This document shows positions 39,131 through 51,689 of a stretch of 64,000 nt of DNA, one piece after another. The translations under genes were made by a program, and so were the position numbers. The DNA comes from Antedon mediterranea. Its lineage: Eukaryota; Animalia; Echinodermata. Location of the stretch: NCBI RefSeq assembly GCF_964355755.1, contig NC_092678.1, forward strand, positions 1,628,422-1,692,421, written 5' to 3'. The notes under the pieces were generated by a model, which searched no databases, was not told where the DNA came from, and saw nothing but the letters and a program-made list of their open reading frames with translations. Numbering within the stretch: position 1 is the stretch's first letter; every line of letters begins with the position of its first letter.

Positions 39131-42100
39131 CTATTGAGAGAGATTAGGGAAGACTCGTATTATCTGGTGAGGTCGGAGGGTAGGTCCCAGCCCACAGTAA
39201 GCTTTGGGGATTCATTGGGTGGGGCGGCGCACAAAGGAATGGTACCGTAGTGGATGCGCGCCCAGCGTATAATGTAATTAATAATAGGTTATAGGGCCCA
39301 AAAACAAAAACTAATATTATTATTAACTGACTGTAGACCTTATGTTGACAATGTAGGCCTACACACGTATCAGATGGCAGTAGTAGTAGTGTACACGTAA
39401 AGCTATTTGCAACAGCAGCCATCTATTTTTAGCATTTTGATCGATTACCGATACTAATGCAAATTAGAACAAGCGTATAAATGAGCGCAAGTGACGCAGG
39501 ATGACGTCAGAGCTCCATCATTTTTAGCCATATTGAACAGACGGTGATATAAACGCTTATATAATTGCATAATTAATATTTTGTGATCATTTGTATATTG
39601 TATACGTTTGATTTCAAGGAAATTGTTATTTGATCCCGAATTTGATATAACATTTTAATTATGCCAATTTATGTTTTTGTATTTTCTAAGCTCTGTTTGG
39701 TTTGTTGTGAAATATCTCTCCCTGGTTCATGGTACGATTTTACTATCTTATTTTAACAAAATAGCATGGTAGTATGAAAACGGTAAAACTGCCATGGCTT
39801 TAAATGTTATTGTTGGCCTAATCATCATTATTGTCTGTTCCGATGTCTTCTGTATGGAAGGGGAAACCCTACAGGCGAAATATTAATTTCAAAATTAAGT
39901 AATTGTGTTATGTAAACGTCGACGATTATTATTATATAATATATTATGATTACTTAGTGCGTTTAGCTTGCCAACGATTAGGCCTAAGTATTTCTAGCTC
40001 GTGTCGAAATTACAATTTACTAATTAGATGCACCAGACCAGTCAGTCATTATATGACCGACGTACATTGGCAATATGCCAAGAAAAAAGTGATTATTATC
40101 ATTCCTGCATCATCATCTGTAGCACTTAGTATCCTCCTCTGATGACGTCAGCGCGTAGTATTTCAAAATCTCTGATTGGTTATCGATCGTTGAGACATTG
40201 TTGGTAGCGTTCCTTCATTCCTATTAGTTCCTCTTTTCTTCTTTTCTGACTGGATGATGTCTTCCGTTTCCCGTTTTTTTTTTACAAATTCCTTGAAATC
40301 ATTTCGTAGACCGATCTCTTGTGCCTATGCCGGGGCCTATGCTTAAGATATTGCATGGGGAAATAAATTGAATTCATTTAATATAATATGGAGTACTATG
40401 TTTAACACAGATCTAATATTATTAATATAGTAAATGGATTAAATTATATCATATAACGTTATTAATAGATTGTATTGTATATGATGCTACGATAGGCCTA
40501 TTGTATGATATTAATACTTCGTGTTGCGTTAATCCGATTGGAATATTGAATCGATGGATGCTACTATAGAGAAAAACTATCACTATCAGTATCATAGGAA
40601 TATTCTATAATACATTGTCATATATGTATCATATGTGACGCCTTATTTTGTTACGTTAAGGCAGGGAGTTGTTAATTAGATTAGTTAACAGCTCTCTGAT
40701 GTTTATGGTCCATGAAAAGGGCGTTACATATTGTGATATATGTGACACACTGTAACATAACTTGATTACTATACCGTGAATTGGCCTATGATTCTTCTAC
40801 TATCACTACATTTTTTTTGTTAACTCAGAGATGAATTTTACTTCGTTCTTTTGTGTATACAAATGAACATACACAACCTGACGTAAAATCAATCGACTTG
40901 GTTGTCAATTCCGGTTTTTGTAACAATAGCAATAGTAGCCGAAAATAATGTTACGTGATTTTTGACTTTCTCTGCACGACAACGGCTATTTTTAGAAAAC
41001 CATAGCCTGTGTACACACGCTGACAATTCTAAATATAATACATTGACTATTGTAAGCCGAATAGGAAAAAGAACATATGGTCCTATATCAATAGTTGTCT
41101 GTTATAGTGTTATTGGTTAACGATTTTGTGCGGCCGTGTCTCCACTATTTGTTCGGATGCGAAGGTGGCAATGCGAAGCCAGTATCGTTTTTTTATCGCG
41201 CTGTACAGGTGTCAAAACGTTTTACAGGTGTCAAAAACCAGTTAACGTTCCATAAAACAGTTTATCCGATAGTTGTCGCCGAGTTTACTACACTGTATTA
41301 TGGGAACATAACAGTGGATGTTAACAGTTGGATACCATACGGTACTCCTCAATGGGACACCATCAGGACCAAAGAAATTGTCCCCTGGGTGGGGATGGCT
41401 GTACAATAGTGATAGTTAAGATGTATAGCCTAATTTTCATTTATTCTTTAGCCAGAATCTTCTTACTAGAGTGACGTAGGAGTTGACCATAGTATTAAAA
41501 CTATTTTTATTAGTATTAATTAATTAGTTAATATTAGTATTTCCCCCTCGTTCATTTCACAAAGTGATCCCTTAATAGCAGTGTAACCCCTGAATACAGG
41601 TGTCCTCTGAATATGGGTGTTCCAGAGAATGGGTTACTGTACAATATGATGACACCACAGTAGAATTGTAATGATATATATGCAACAGTATTATAGTAAT
41701 ACACGTTTAACGGTATTATGCTTATAGTCAAACCGGATAATGTTTTGTATTAACTATTATTATTAACTTCTACGAAACATCAGTGCCTTTCACTACCTCT
41801 CCACACATTAATATTTGTTGATTTTCCGGCTTGTATTTTAATAATTGGTCTTTACAAGAAATATACAGTACAATACGGCGGTACTTAACCCCGTATTCTG
41901 TCCAAGTTTGGATCAGGATCCGTAATGCTGACGTCATCGGTGATTTCGGTCATGAGAACATCAGGCGAATATCCTGTTGGATTGGATGGTTACCGTTACT
42001 GTAACCTTCACAAGAACTTTATAAACAGTACAATGCAAGGAAATTGAGTATCAAAAGATTTAAATTTTCATTTACCCACAAATGGCGATGGCCTAATATG

Positions 42101-42184
42101 CTGGTTTACCATGTAAAATGTTACAGGGTGAACCACGGAGCAAAGACTGTATTATTATGAATAATTAATTTAATAATAATTATC

Positions 42185-42545
42185 TCGGAGTGTGTCGGCC
42201 TGTCTGTGCTATTTGTTAACTTTATTCTGCTGCTAACTTTTTAACTGAACGCTTTTTAATATTCTATTGTCTTTTTAATAACTTGTATTTTTTATGACTT
42301 TTTAACTATGGTACTGAACGGTATGGTATTCTGTTTTAATGCTTTTTTTATGCCATTTTTAAACCTTTTTAAAACCATTTTTTAACCATCATTTTAGACA
42401 TTTGCATTTTTTTAGATTGTTTATAACATTTTTTCTTTCTTTTTAATTGTGAATCTCAAGTTTTAACTTTCTGTATTGTAACATTGTTATGTAATCATGT
42501 ATTGTATGTTGATTTTGACCGAATGAATGAATGAATGAATGAATG
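42185..42545 (+). mobile_element. Probable LINE 3' UTR remnant ending in (GAAT)n
   Basis: T-rich tract ending TGTATTGTATGTTGATTTTGACC(GAAT)6. A similar ending with (TAAA)n occurs at ~1975-2022. Confidence 0.4.
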
Positions 42546-42626
42546 CTCACTTCACTCTTAATATTTCGGTTGATTGCTTTCTTGGTTTTTAATGACTGGT
42601 TTCTTACGTGAAAATAATTTATACTT

Positions 42627-42880
42627 AACAGTGCAGTTTCCCCCCATTATGGACCCCCCATTATGGGACACCCCTATTCGGTAGACACCCTTATTGAGGG
42701 GACACTTTGCCGTGAAACAAACGGAACAGTGCAGTTTCCCCCCATTATGGACCCCCCATTATGGGACACCCCTATTCGGTAGACACCCTTATTGAGGGGA
42801 AACTTTGCCGTGAAACAAACGGAACAGTGCAGTTTCCCCCCATTATGGACCCCCCCCCCCCCCCCCATTATGGGACACTC
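42627..42880. repeat. 98-bp tandem repeat, ~2.5 copies, of a CAGT-type MITE end
   Basis: AACAGTGCAGTTTCCCCCCATTATGGACCCCCC at 42627, 42725 and 42823. Confidence 0.92.
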
Positions 42881-44339
42881 CTATTAGGGAAAACTTTGTT
42901 TTGTCCCAAAGGTGTACCCTTAATAAGTTCTACGGTAAGAAGCTGAAGAATAAACTGTTCTTAACCCTATCAAGGCGAGTGATCAAGGCATGTGTATATT
43001 GACCTCTTGACAGATGACACCCAGTGTGATCTGGTATACTTATGTAACTATATAGATCCTAAATCAATTGTTCCTTATCAAAAATCAGATTTCTCAATTT
43101 GTCACGAGATAAAACCGTTCCGCATAATTGATTAACGATAGATCCACATACCAAGTTTCCTGATAAGAAAAGTCGGAGTTCATAATAATTGATTTAATAT
43201 TTATTTTCTATCATTGTTCTCGTGTTCACGCATTTGACTCGTGTCTGTTAAACTGTTGCCAATGCCAGGTTCTATAATAAGGTCAAATTCTAAAGGAAAT
43301 ATCGGGATAAGCTCGAAGTAGGCCGTAGGCATGCCGTCATATATCAGGCTATAAAACAACGCGATGCTTACGTTTAAGTTATTTGACCTGCGTTTAGTAG
43401 AGCCCTGCAAAGCAAGTTGATTTTGTTTGTGGGGTGGGGGAAGAAACTTACGTTCATGCCTTAATATTAGTATATAAAGTTAGTGTCGTCAGGTCTAGGC
43501 TATAACACGCGATGCGATATTGATGGAGGTTTATGTGCGGCGTTCAGGTTCCAATACGCATAATAAAGTTAGCTGTTCTGTTCACATCTTCAATATTAAC
43601 AGCGTATATTCAGCCTTCGTTTCTAAATACCATTATTAAGCACTAGCTCAGATTTTCTAAAGTGAGAAGAGGACTTCTTTTGTTACCGGACCTACCCTTT
43701 CTATTTTCCCCCCAACAAGAACATAATTAGGCCTAGGTGTTATACAACTTCAGCTGATAAGAATATATTATTAATAATAAAAGAAGGCATTTAACAACCA
43801 GCACTTACACATAATACGGGTACTTATTTATTCTTTAAGAATGGTTTAATCGCAAAGCACCTTTCTCCAACCATACGGTATATGTCAATTGCTTTGTCAT
43901 ATCATGGAATTATATTATAGTTCTATGGTCATATCAGGGAATAAGAAAGACCTGGTCATATTAAACGAGGTATACGTGTACGTTATGTAACATCCAAGTC
44001 ATTGGGTGAATACTTGTTTGTTTCTGCGACAGTGTCAATCAGTCAATCAATCAATCATTATGTAAGCGAGCTAATTAACACTTGTTGTCGCGTGGGTAAT
44101 TATAAAATGTTGGGATTCTATACGATTTTCAATATAGGCCTATACCATACAACAATTTCACTGGGACCAACAAAATACGGTATATTGCAATATTTTGATT
44201 GAGGGAAGACAGTGCTGCAGTGAATAGACACACTTAATTTATGATACATAGCCCGTACTCGACTCTTCATACACACACTTAATTTATGATACATAGCCCG
44301 TACTCCCATTGTATTGTTCAGTTGATTTGAAATTAATAA

Positions 44340-44533
44340 AGTAGAGCCCCTCCTACTCAAGAGACTCTTACTAAGGAACACTTTCTCCTTGAAACGAATA
44401 AAATATGTTTTATACGATATAAAGTGTCATCCCCTATCTCCAGGATATCCATATTCAGTGAACCCCTATTTAGTATTATAAGAAGCCACTTTGTTGGGTC
44501 CCGATGATGTTCACTTAATGGAGGTTGTATTGT
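44340..44533. mobile_element. Degenerate pogo/Tc1-like (CAGT..ACTG) MITE
   Basis: AGTAGAGCCCCTC..., GGACAC-type internal motifs, ...GAGGTTGTATTGTA. Related remnants at ~16330-16452, 31800-32016, 41330-41641 and 46590-46747. Confidence 0.4.
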
Positions 44534-47500
44534 AATTTGGACAGGGTTGATGATGCTGATGACATTTCTTGTAGTGATTTTTATTTAAAAAAAAACACAA
44601 GAGGGAAGAGTGTAATTTCACTCTTTCTTGTTCGTACCAGTGAGTTTCTAGCCTAGCCCGGTCTTTTGTAATCTTGGGCCACTTCCATAATCGAAATACT
44701 GTGCCATTCCCGATTGGTAGCACACCCGGAGCGAAGCTTATTTCTACGGCATTATATTGTTAAGGTCGGTATTGGTACAGTGCAGTACCGTATCGGGTAC
44801 ACCCAATCATGGTATGCGACGCATTGTATTGTATTTGCGAAAGATTATAAATTGGTTTCGGAAGGAAATAATGCAATAATGTATTTAGCATAAAATGAAC
44901 TATATATTATGTAATAACGCGCGGGGTTTCCAGCACGCTGTAAATGAGTTTTCAAAACCACGAGGCTTCAAATCACCCGATATTTGTATACTACTGTATC
45001 TCCATAATATTGCATATGCCCAGTATCATGGCATATTCGTTGATACACTAATGGAACGCACCGAAAACTGACCCTGAATGAGCGTCCCCGTATTATAATA
45101 GAGGTTGCTCAAATTACCGTATACGTATAACTATAAACCTACCCCAAGGAGATGTACGCGCCTACCTCAAAATCTACTGATAATGATTAGGCCTACCACC
45201 AGCCATGGTACCACGAGGTGCCTATGAATAAACGTGACAAGAGATTCAGCAATAAGACCACATAATCCCCGCCACAGACAAATCACGTTGCATGCTGCAT
45301 GCATGGGACTATAATATAATAATTTATAACTTCCGTTCTTTAAGGAAAATAATTTGTTGGTTCTATGATTCACTATATAAAGAAAGATAGTACAGAACAA
45401 GTAAGGAATTTAGGCCTATATTGAGGCGATGGCTCCATGATTGTGTATGTTAAAGCTGCATGGGTTGTCCTACCAAGAAAGGAAATAAGCCCCTGGCTTT
45501 TCGTGTGAGAGTACATGCTTAGGAGGTTGAAATTGGTGATACAATAACCGACAAAATTTAGAAAAAAAATATATTTAGTTCGGGTCATGTGAATTATTGG
45601 CCTGTCTGTCCCGCCCCGAAACTGATAGTAAGCTGCCCAGAACAGTCCCGGGCAGTATTATCTTTACCCATATTCAGGATGTGACAGGGGTGTCCTTCCG
45701 GACCGGTTGTAAAAGTTTGTTTCCCGGCCTGGGTTATTGCACATGTTTCACACGTGGACGGCTGATTTTGCATGGCTGTTTATTACGTTTTAATCCAGTC
45801 TATCCCAGTTTTTACTAGCTGATTTTTTTTCAATGGCGTTTTTGACTTATTTGACTGAACTAGGCCTAATAATATAAAGGGCGTTATCGTTTTCCGGGGT
45901 GGCGAGTACCATAGGCCTATCTATAGTGCACGAACTGCTTCTTAATATAGGACAAAATTTGAAACTATAGTATTTTAACAGCATTTAATTATATTTCTGG
46001 TCTTAAATATAAATGTCTGTCCATAAACCCAATACTTAGCCTGTCTGGGTACTCTACACGTTTTTTCATTATTTTGCGGGTAGAGTGTTGTATATTTAGA
46101 CTACTTAGTTGCCCAGACCTCCCTTAATTTATCGAAATTAATCCCACTATATAATATTACTAGATATATTATTTTATGAGCCCACCAGTAAAAAAGATAC
46201 CATACGCCTACGACCTCTGCCACGAGGTATAGCCTACAGTAGGCATACCTTCTTGTATTTAAAAAAAAAAAGCAAGCCGCGTTGACAAAGACTATTGGAA
46301 TGACCTTCGGTAAGTGGAACAAAGGGTAGGCCCAGTGGACTGGTATAAACGGACAATAAGCGTGTAGTATGCCTTTGTCCCGCATCCAATTTTACACACG
46401 CAATCTTTGTTTCAGGTGCACCCCCATGATTACTATAATCTGTCGTTATTACCTGCTTTTAGCAGTATCGTATCGTAGTATCGTAAACCTAAATTTATTA
46501 TATTATATTAATTATTATGTAGGCCATAGGTTATACTAAGTGTGTGTGTCTATCTAAAAGTGTGTATTCTCCCATTCGGGACGTAAGAAGTCCCTTAATT
46601 AAGGTGTATGTAATTGAATAGAGATTCTGTTTAATGTTAAAACATCATGTCCTTATTCCTCATTCGTCTAACAGCGAAATGTCTCCAGCAGAATAGGAGT
46701 GTCCCAACGGAGGAGTTCTTCTTATCTACGGTTTAGTCTTTACTGTATGTTGATAATGTCATAATAGATAGATAGAAATCATGTAGTTTAATGTGTATTA
46801 TGTTGTGTTTATTGGTTCGGACTATTACAGTATGGCTAGCTGTTTCTGATAAATAAATAACAATAATAATAAAAACCTTTTTTTCTAAAGAGTTTTTTCT
46901 GATCCTAATATTAATAAAGTATTTATTTTCAAATGAATTTCAGACTCGCTCTCTGTTTTGTTTAGTTGCACCATTGTATAGGCCTATCTGTCTGAAAAGT
47001 GATCCAAAAATTATTGTATTGCTATCCATTGATTTTATAGTACCTGTAATGATATTTGTGGAGGTGGTAGACACAAATGCATTCCTGCCGCATATCTGCA
47101 CACTTATTCGTACCATATTTAGGCTAATTTCATTTCTGGGTGTGGATTGCTATATCGTGGGAACCGTCGGCGCGAAAATAGACGCTTTTCAATTCCCAAG
47201 GCTAAAATCGTGCCTCAAAATAGTTTCCATTTTCTGGGCAAATGCGCAATACTTATGCCCGATTAGAATTGAGTATTGTGGCCTACACAATGAAGCCTGA
47301 ATGGGGGTTTATATCATGCCTGGTTTAATCTTCACCGTGGATAGTTCGATGATGGGTCACGAACATACCTATAATCAGATTTGCCTAAAGGAACTTATCT
47401 TACTGTTTTTACAAGTGTAAATTCTAACCGAGTCAGACTAATCCTCGTGGAAAATAGTAGTTGTGTACTGTACCACGATACGATGACGTTAAGTCATAGA

Positions 47501-48319
47501 GATATTAATATTTCTATGGTTAACTAACACTGCGGATGGACACGTGACAACATGGGACGCGTTGAAATGATAATAGGGTTTTCCCCTTGTGTGAGCGTGC
47601 GTTCGTCACATTCAGTTCGTATCTTCGTTATATATTATACAGTAACGTCGACAGATCTTCATCGGAACGCGATCTAGAGAATCCATATATATTCGTGAGT
47701 TTTGTCTATGCACTGAGGAATATCGGTTGAATTAAGGCACATTGAAATAATTATGTTCATTCAGCAATATTAAATTGAACGATTAATTTGAATGTGGTTT
47801 TATGTTTTTCGCTGTTTATGTCCGTCGACAGGATGGCTTGATTTTGGCACAACGATATTGTAATTAAAATGGAAAGGATTAAATTATAGATGCGACATTG
47901 TTCCTTATACAGTGTATGTTTGATTTGCTTCTGTTAATATTTTAAACATTAAGATACCAGATTATATTCCTTTGCTTCTGTTGAAATATGTATACATAAA
48001 TTATATGCCAGTATTTTGATTAGAATTAACATTTCTTTATTGAATCCACTTCGTTTGTTATACTGTAAGAAGTTTAAATTGCGATTCTATTCAAGGAAAC
48101 TTGTGAACGTGTTCGTAGGATCTTAATTAAACCATGTCTTCTTTCCTGTGTTACATCCCGTCTGTCTAGGAACGTACTTTTGATGTACAGCAAACTTTAC
48201 AAGTCATGGTCACACAGGATATCATAGGTTTTTGTCAACTTGCATTTTACTTTAACACACATTCTCTCCCAATCAGCAACTTATTAGCACAAAAAGTATT
48301 CCAATTCCAAGTATTATCA

Positions 48320-49397
48320 ACCAAAGCATATTCATGCCATTTTATTCATTTTTTTAAATTCATTCACATTTAATATAAAAAATAAACTCTTTTACAATTC
48401 AAATTCACTGAAGAGAACAAGACATTTGGAGAAAAAATCTCAAGTTGCCAAACAAATAAATAACCATAAAAATTAATATAGAAAGTTAGTAGCAAGAACC
48501 TAGTTTGATTAAAATTCATATGATTACAAATATGTCACGATTCATAATTTTATTATCTAATCGTAATCAATTTAATAAATTATTAATTTATACTAGTTTC
48601 ATTGCTGCAGTAAATCGAGAAATAAATACATTTAACTATTTATAATACAGATTTTAGAGTTAGCAGTACTTGTCTTAGTCAACTTAAAATTTCTCCAATC
48701 GCCTACACTCGTCGTTCAATAAGATATATTCTTATTATATAATATTACATACATATACACATGCTATTATTATGCCCAAGTCTAACTGCTTTCCCAAAAT
48801 CACATTAAAATGCAGCACATAATGTTCTGTTTATACCTAGAAGTCATTTGATAGCAAGTTGTTTGGTCACATCATCGATTCCCTTTAACAATTTCACGTT
48901 TACACATTTAATACGACATTTACCGACAATGCAGCCAAGACAAATTTGTAAAAATCTACATGACCTCGATCTTAAAACAATGCTTGTAATTCTCTAGGGC
49001 AGCCAGTTCAATTTCCTAACAAATCATTACACCTGGCAGCCAACCATACAATAGTTGTAGACAATGGCTGTAAAAGTATGGCAAGGCATTTTAAATATAA
49101 TATGTACAGTTGGATGTCAGGTATTTTAGGCAGGGGAGGGGGACCAACAGTGGCTGGGAAACGTTAGGGATTTAGGAGGATATTGCACCAGTTTTAACGC
49201 AGACCCATGTCTACGAGTAATTATCTGCTTCTTTGCATCGTCTTATACCCACAACAGAAACTAAAATTGCAACAGATTTGACGCCAATACATAATAAAGA
49301 AACTGAGAAGTTATTGCAAAGCAATAACTTTGGAGTTTCTTATGTCAACTTGACAGTTATATAAAATAATGACGAACAAGAATTCGCAGTGTTAACA
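48320..49397 (-). other. Predicted Pim 3' UTR with poly(A) signal
   Basis: AATAAA on the minus strand at 48346-48341, followed by GU/U-rich sequence. Alternative hexamers lie at 48554-48549 and 48041-48036, so the end point is inferred. Confidence 0.55.
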
Positions 49398-49903
49398 TCA
49401 ACTTTGGGATTTATGTTCCTCGTCAGAATCGCTGTCGTTGTCCGTGAGGTCGGGACTGGAAGGTAACGTGTCCATGGCCTCTGGCGTGCTGGAACGGCTT
49501 TCAGAGTCTTTGCTAACAATGAGGTTTTCACGGCTGCAGCCAACGCTGCTACACGGACTGAATCCAACACTGTCTTGACTACATGTGACGTCGTCATCGA
49601 CAGACATTTTCCTCGGTGTATTGTCCTTTTGGCCGATTTGCATCCATGGATGTTCAAGAATTTCTTGCAAGGTGGGTCGATGGGAAGGGCGTACAGATAA
49701 CATTGATCTGATCAAGTTCTTTAATTGTGGGGAAAGACTCCTACGGAAGTGAGGTTGAGCACGGCAGATTTCATCGTCTCTTTCAAATGGGATATCACCG
49801 CAAGCCATGTCAAAAAGTAAAATTCCAAGAGACCAGACTGCAGCGGAACGACCATGATACCGGTGAAAACGAATCCATTCAGGTGGACTGTACACTCTGG
49901 TAC
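49398..49903 (-). CDS. PIM: Pim kinase exon 5 ([40 protein letters not shown]...HPWM plus Ser/Asp-rich tail, stop)
   Basis: TGCAG acceptor; [10 protein letters not shown] activation-segment motif diagnostic of Pim. Spliced CDS is 70+107+48+364+506 = 1095 nt = 364 aa. Confidence 0.96.
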
Positions 49904-50122
49904 CTGCAAGATTAATCAATTGAAAACATAAATATTTGATGTTTATTAATATTAACTAAACAGCATTATTAAATTCATTTGATGTTTCATGCATTTTTCC
50001 AAAGGATTTGGTTTAGACGGTACAACAACAGCTGAGACAAATTCTAAAGTTTGCCAAAAATCAACGGGAAGTGGGTTTTATGATAGTCCAACATTTGGAA
50101 GTAGACATTACAGTAATATTAT

Positions 50123-50297
50123 CAGGGAAAATTTTCATTTAAAAATTTTGTTTAGCAATATTGCTAATCAAACTGATTTTTAAGTCGAGAAACATAGTTT
50201 TGTATTGTATTTTTTGCTACACAATTTTCAAAATGTGTAGCAATAAGGTTGTTTTGTATAGCTTTTTGCTACGCTACACTGGCGAAAATGTTCCCTG
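50123..50297. mobile_element. MITE in Pim intron 4
   Basis: TIR CAGGGAAAATTTTC / GAAAATGTTCCCTG (1 mismatch); ATTAT on both flanks; internal TTTTGCTAC / GTAGCAA repeats. Confidence 0.65.
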
Positions 50298-50589
50298 ATT
50301 ATGTGGGCTGGTTTGAAGCCAACTAATCCAACAGCTTTTTTAATTCACGTCATAAAAGGGTAAAGGTCACTTCCCGCCAACAGTGCAGTAGTAAGGGATG
50401 GCTTGTGCTTAGACATTTCTATTGAAAATCAGCCAAGCTCTAACTCGTTATCCTGTGTGTGGAATTCAATGAAACTAAACAATAGACGGAATTTACACAT
50501 TTTAGAACAAACTATTGTCAAACATTCTTTAGGAATTTAAAGATTAGAGTCCCTTAGGCAATTTAAAAAAGAAGAAAAACTGTACCCAC

Positions 50590-50953
50590 CATCAAAGTCT
50601 GTGTATACTGTGTCCCGCATGATAGCGCCAGATCCAAAGTCTATAAGTTTCAGTTCACCAGTTTTCATATCGACGAGAATATTTTCGTCTTTTAAGTCCC
50701 TGTGTACGACACCAACATCGTGACAACGTTGAAATGTCTCAACAATTTGTTGGAAAAAGTCCCGGCATAGGTCTTCTGTGAGTGCTCCATTTTCAGTGAT
50801 AAAGTCAAATAAATCTTTTACTGGAGATGGCTTTTCCATAACAATGATAAAACTGTCCACTCTTTCGTAATAATCCAACATGGTTATACAGCCCTTTATG
50901 TGGCTCACTTTCTTCAGAAGACATATTTCTATTGGAAGTTTTTGGCCACCAAC
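50590..50953 (-). CDS. PIM: Pim kinase exon 4 (VGGQKLP...[16 protein letters not shown]...[10 protein letters not shown]...LIDFGSGA...YTDFD-G)
   Basis: TTTCAG acceptor, G|GTGGGT donor, 364 nt. Carries the Pim-specific Pro-containing hinge (EKPSP), HRDLKDEN and DFGSG. Confidence 0.96.
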
Positions 50954-51075
50954 CTGAAAAGATAAAATATAATAAATATTATTATTACAATAAAAAAAAA
51001 ACACATCCAACAGTAAAAATGAGTAAAGTAATTTTTATTTTGTTTAAAAAAAAAAAAAAAGTATTTTGTACATAC

Positions 51076-51123
51076 CTGGACCCAATCAGTGACTTTGTCT
51101 TTTGCAACATGTTTTATAGCAAC
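51076..51123 (-). CDS. PIM: Pim kinase exon 3 ([16 protein letters not shown]; catalytic Lys)
   Basis: TACAG acceptor, GTATGT donor, 48 nt. Encodes the VAIKHV motif of Pim kinases. Not in the ORF track. Confidence 0.95.
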
Positions 51124-51269
51124 CTGTAAATAAAAATAAAGATCATAATTGTCTGAGCAAAAACATTCCTTGCAGTAATGATTGGTCGATATGTAGCTAG
51201 GGAGGGGCCTGGCTGTGCTTGTATATGTAGAGAGGGTAGTGAAGTGTATCCAAAATGTTTTTTTCTTAC

Positions 51270-51376
51270 CGGTAATTTGTCTTTATTTCTAATACCACTA
51301 TATACGGTACCAAATCCACCACTTCCAAGTACTGGACCAACTTGATACGCCTTTTCGAACGATTCTTTTTCTTTTA
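51270..51376 (-). CDS. PIM: Pim kinase exon 2 ([35 protein letters not shown]; Gly-rich loop)
   Basis: ACAG acceptor and GTAAG donor. 107 nt, the same size as human PIM1 exon 2 as I recall it. Contains the [13 protein letters not shown]-loop typical of Pim. Confidence 0.95.
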
Positions 51377-51557
51377 CTGTAAAATAAAGAAACAGATTAT
51401 TTAACAAATGTCCATTCATCATAACCTTCAAAACCGCGCCTAAACTGTCTAAACAAACAGCTGTTCATATGCCGGTGGTACGGCCCGACCGAATTCAATC
51501 AGTAAAATTCCTCCTCAATTTAGGCCCATAAAATTCCATTCGAATAGAAATACTCAC

Positions 51558-51627
51558 CAATATTTTTTGCGTTGATAGAATATAATTCTTGTATATGTGT
51601 AGTAATTTTCCTTGATATGTTGTTCAT
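51558..51627 (-). CDS. PIM: Pim-family Ser/Thr kinase, coding exon 1 (MNNISRKITTHIQELYSINAKNI-G, 70 nt, phase 1)
   Basis: ATG at 51627 in AAAATG context, 66 nt downstream of a TATA/Inr-predicted TSS. Ends at a G|GTGAGTA donor; the phase joins exon 2 in frame (G+TA = Val). Confidence 0.8.
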
Positions 51628-51689
51628 TTTGCTATGTCAAATTAGAATGCAAAAAAGTTTGCGACTGAAGACTACAGCGACAGCGATTC

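Noticed and set aside
39144-39422. 92-aa ORF MAAVANS... in the promoter-like island
   Set aside because: No homology I recognise, runs through AT-rich non-coding-looking sequence, and has no convincing donor.
45715-45750. miR-92-like pieces (TCCCGGCCTG and TATTGCAC)
   Set aside because: The two halves are in the wrong order and I see no precursor hairpin.
49340-51431. Alternative-frame and antisense ORFs over Pim, and the intronic N-termini of the track's Pim ORFs
   Set aside because: Shadows of the real exons. Splice signals define the true boundaries.
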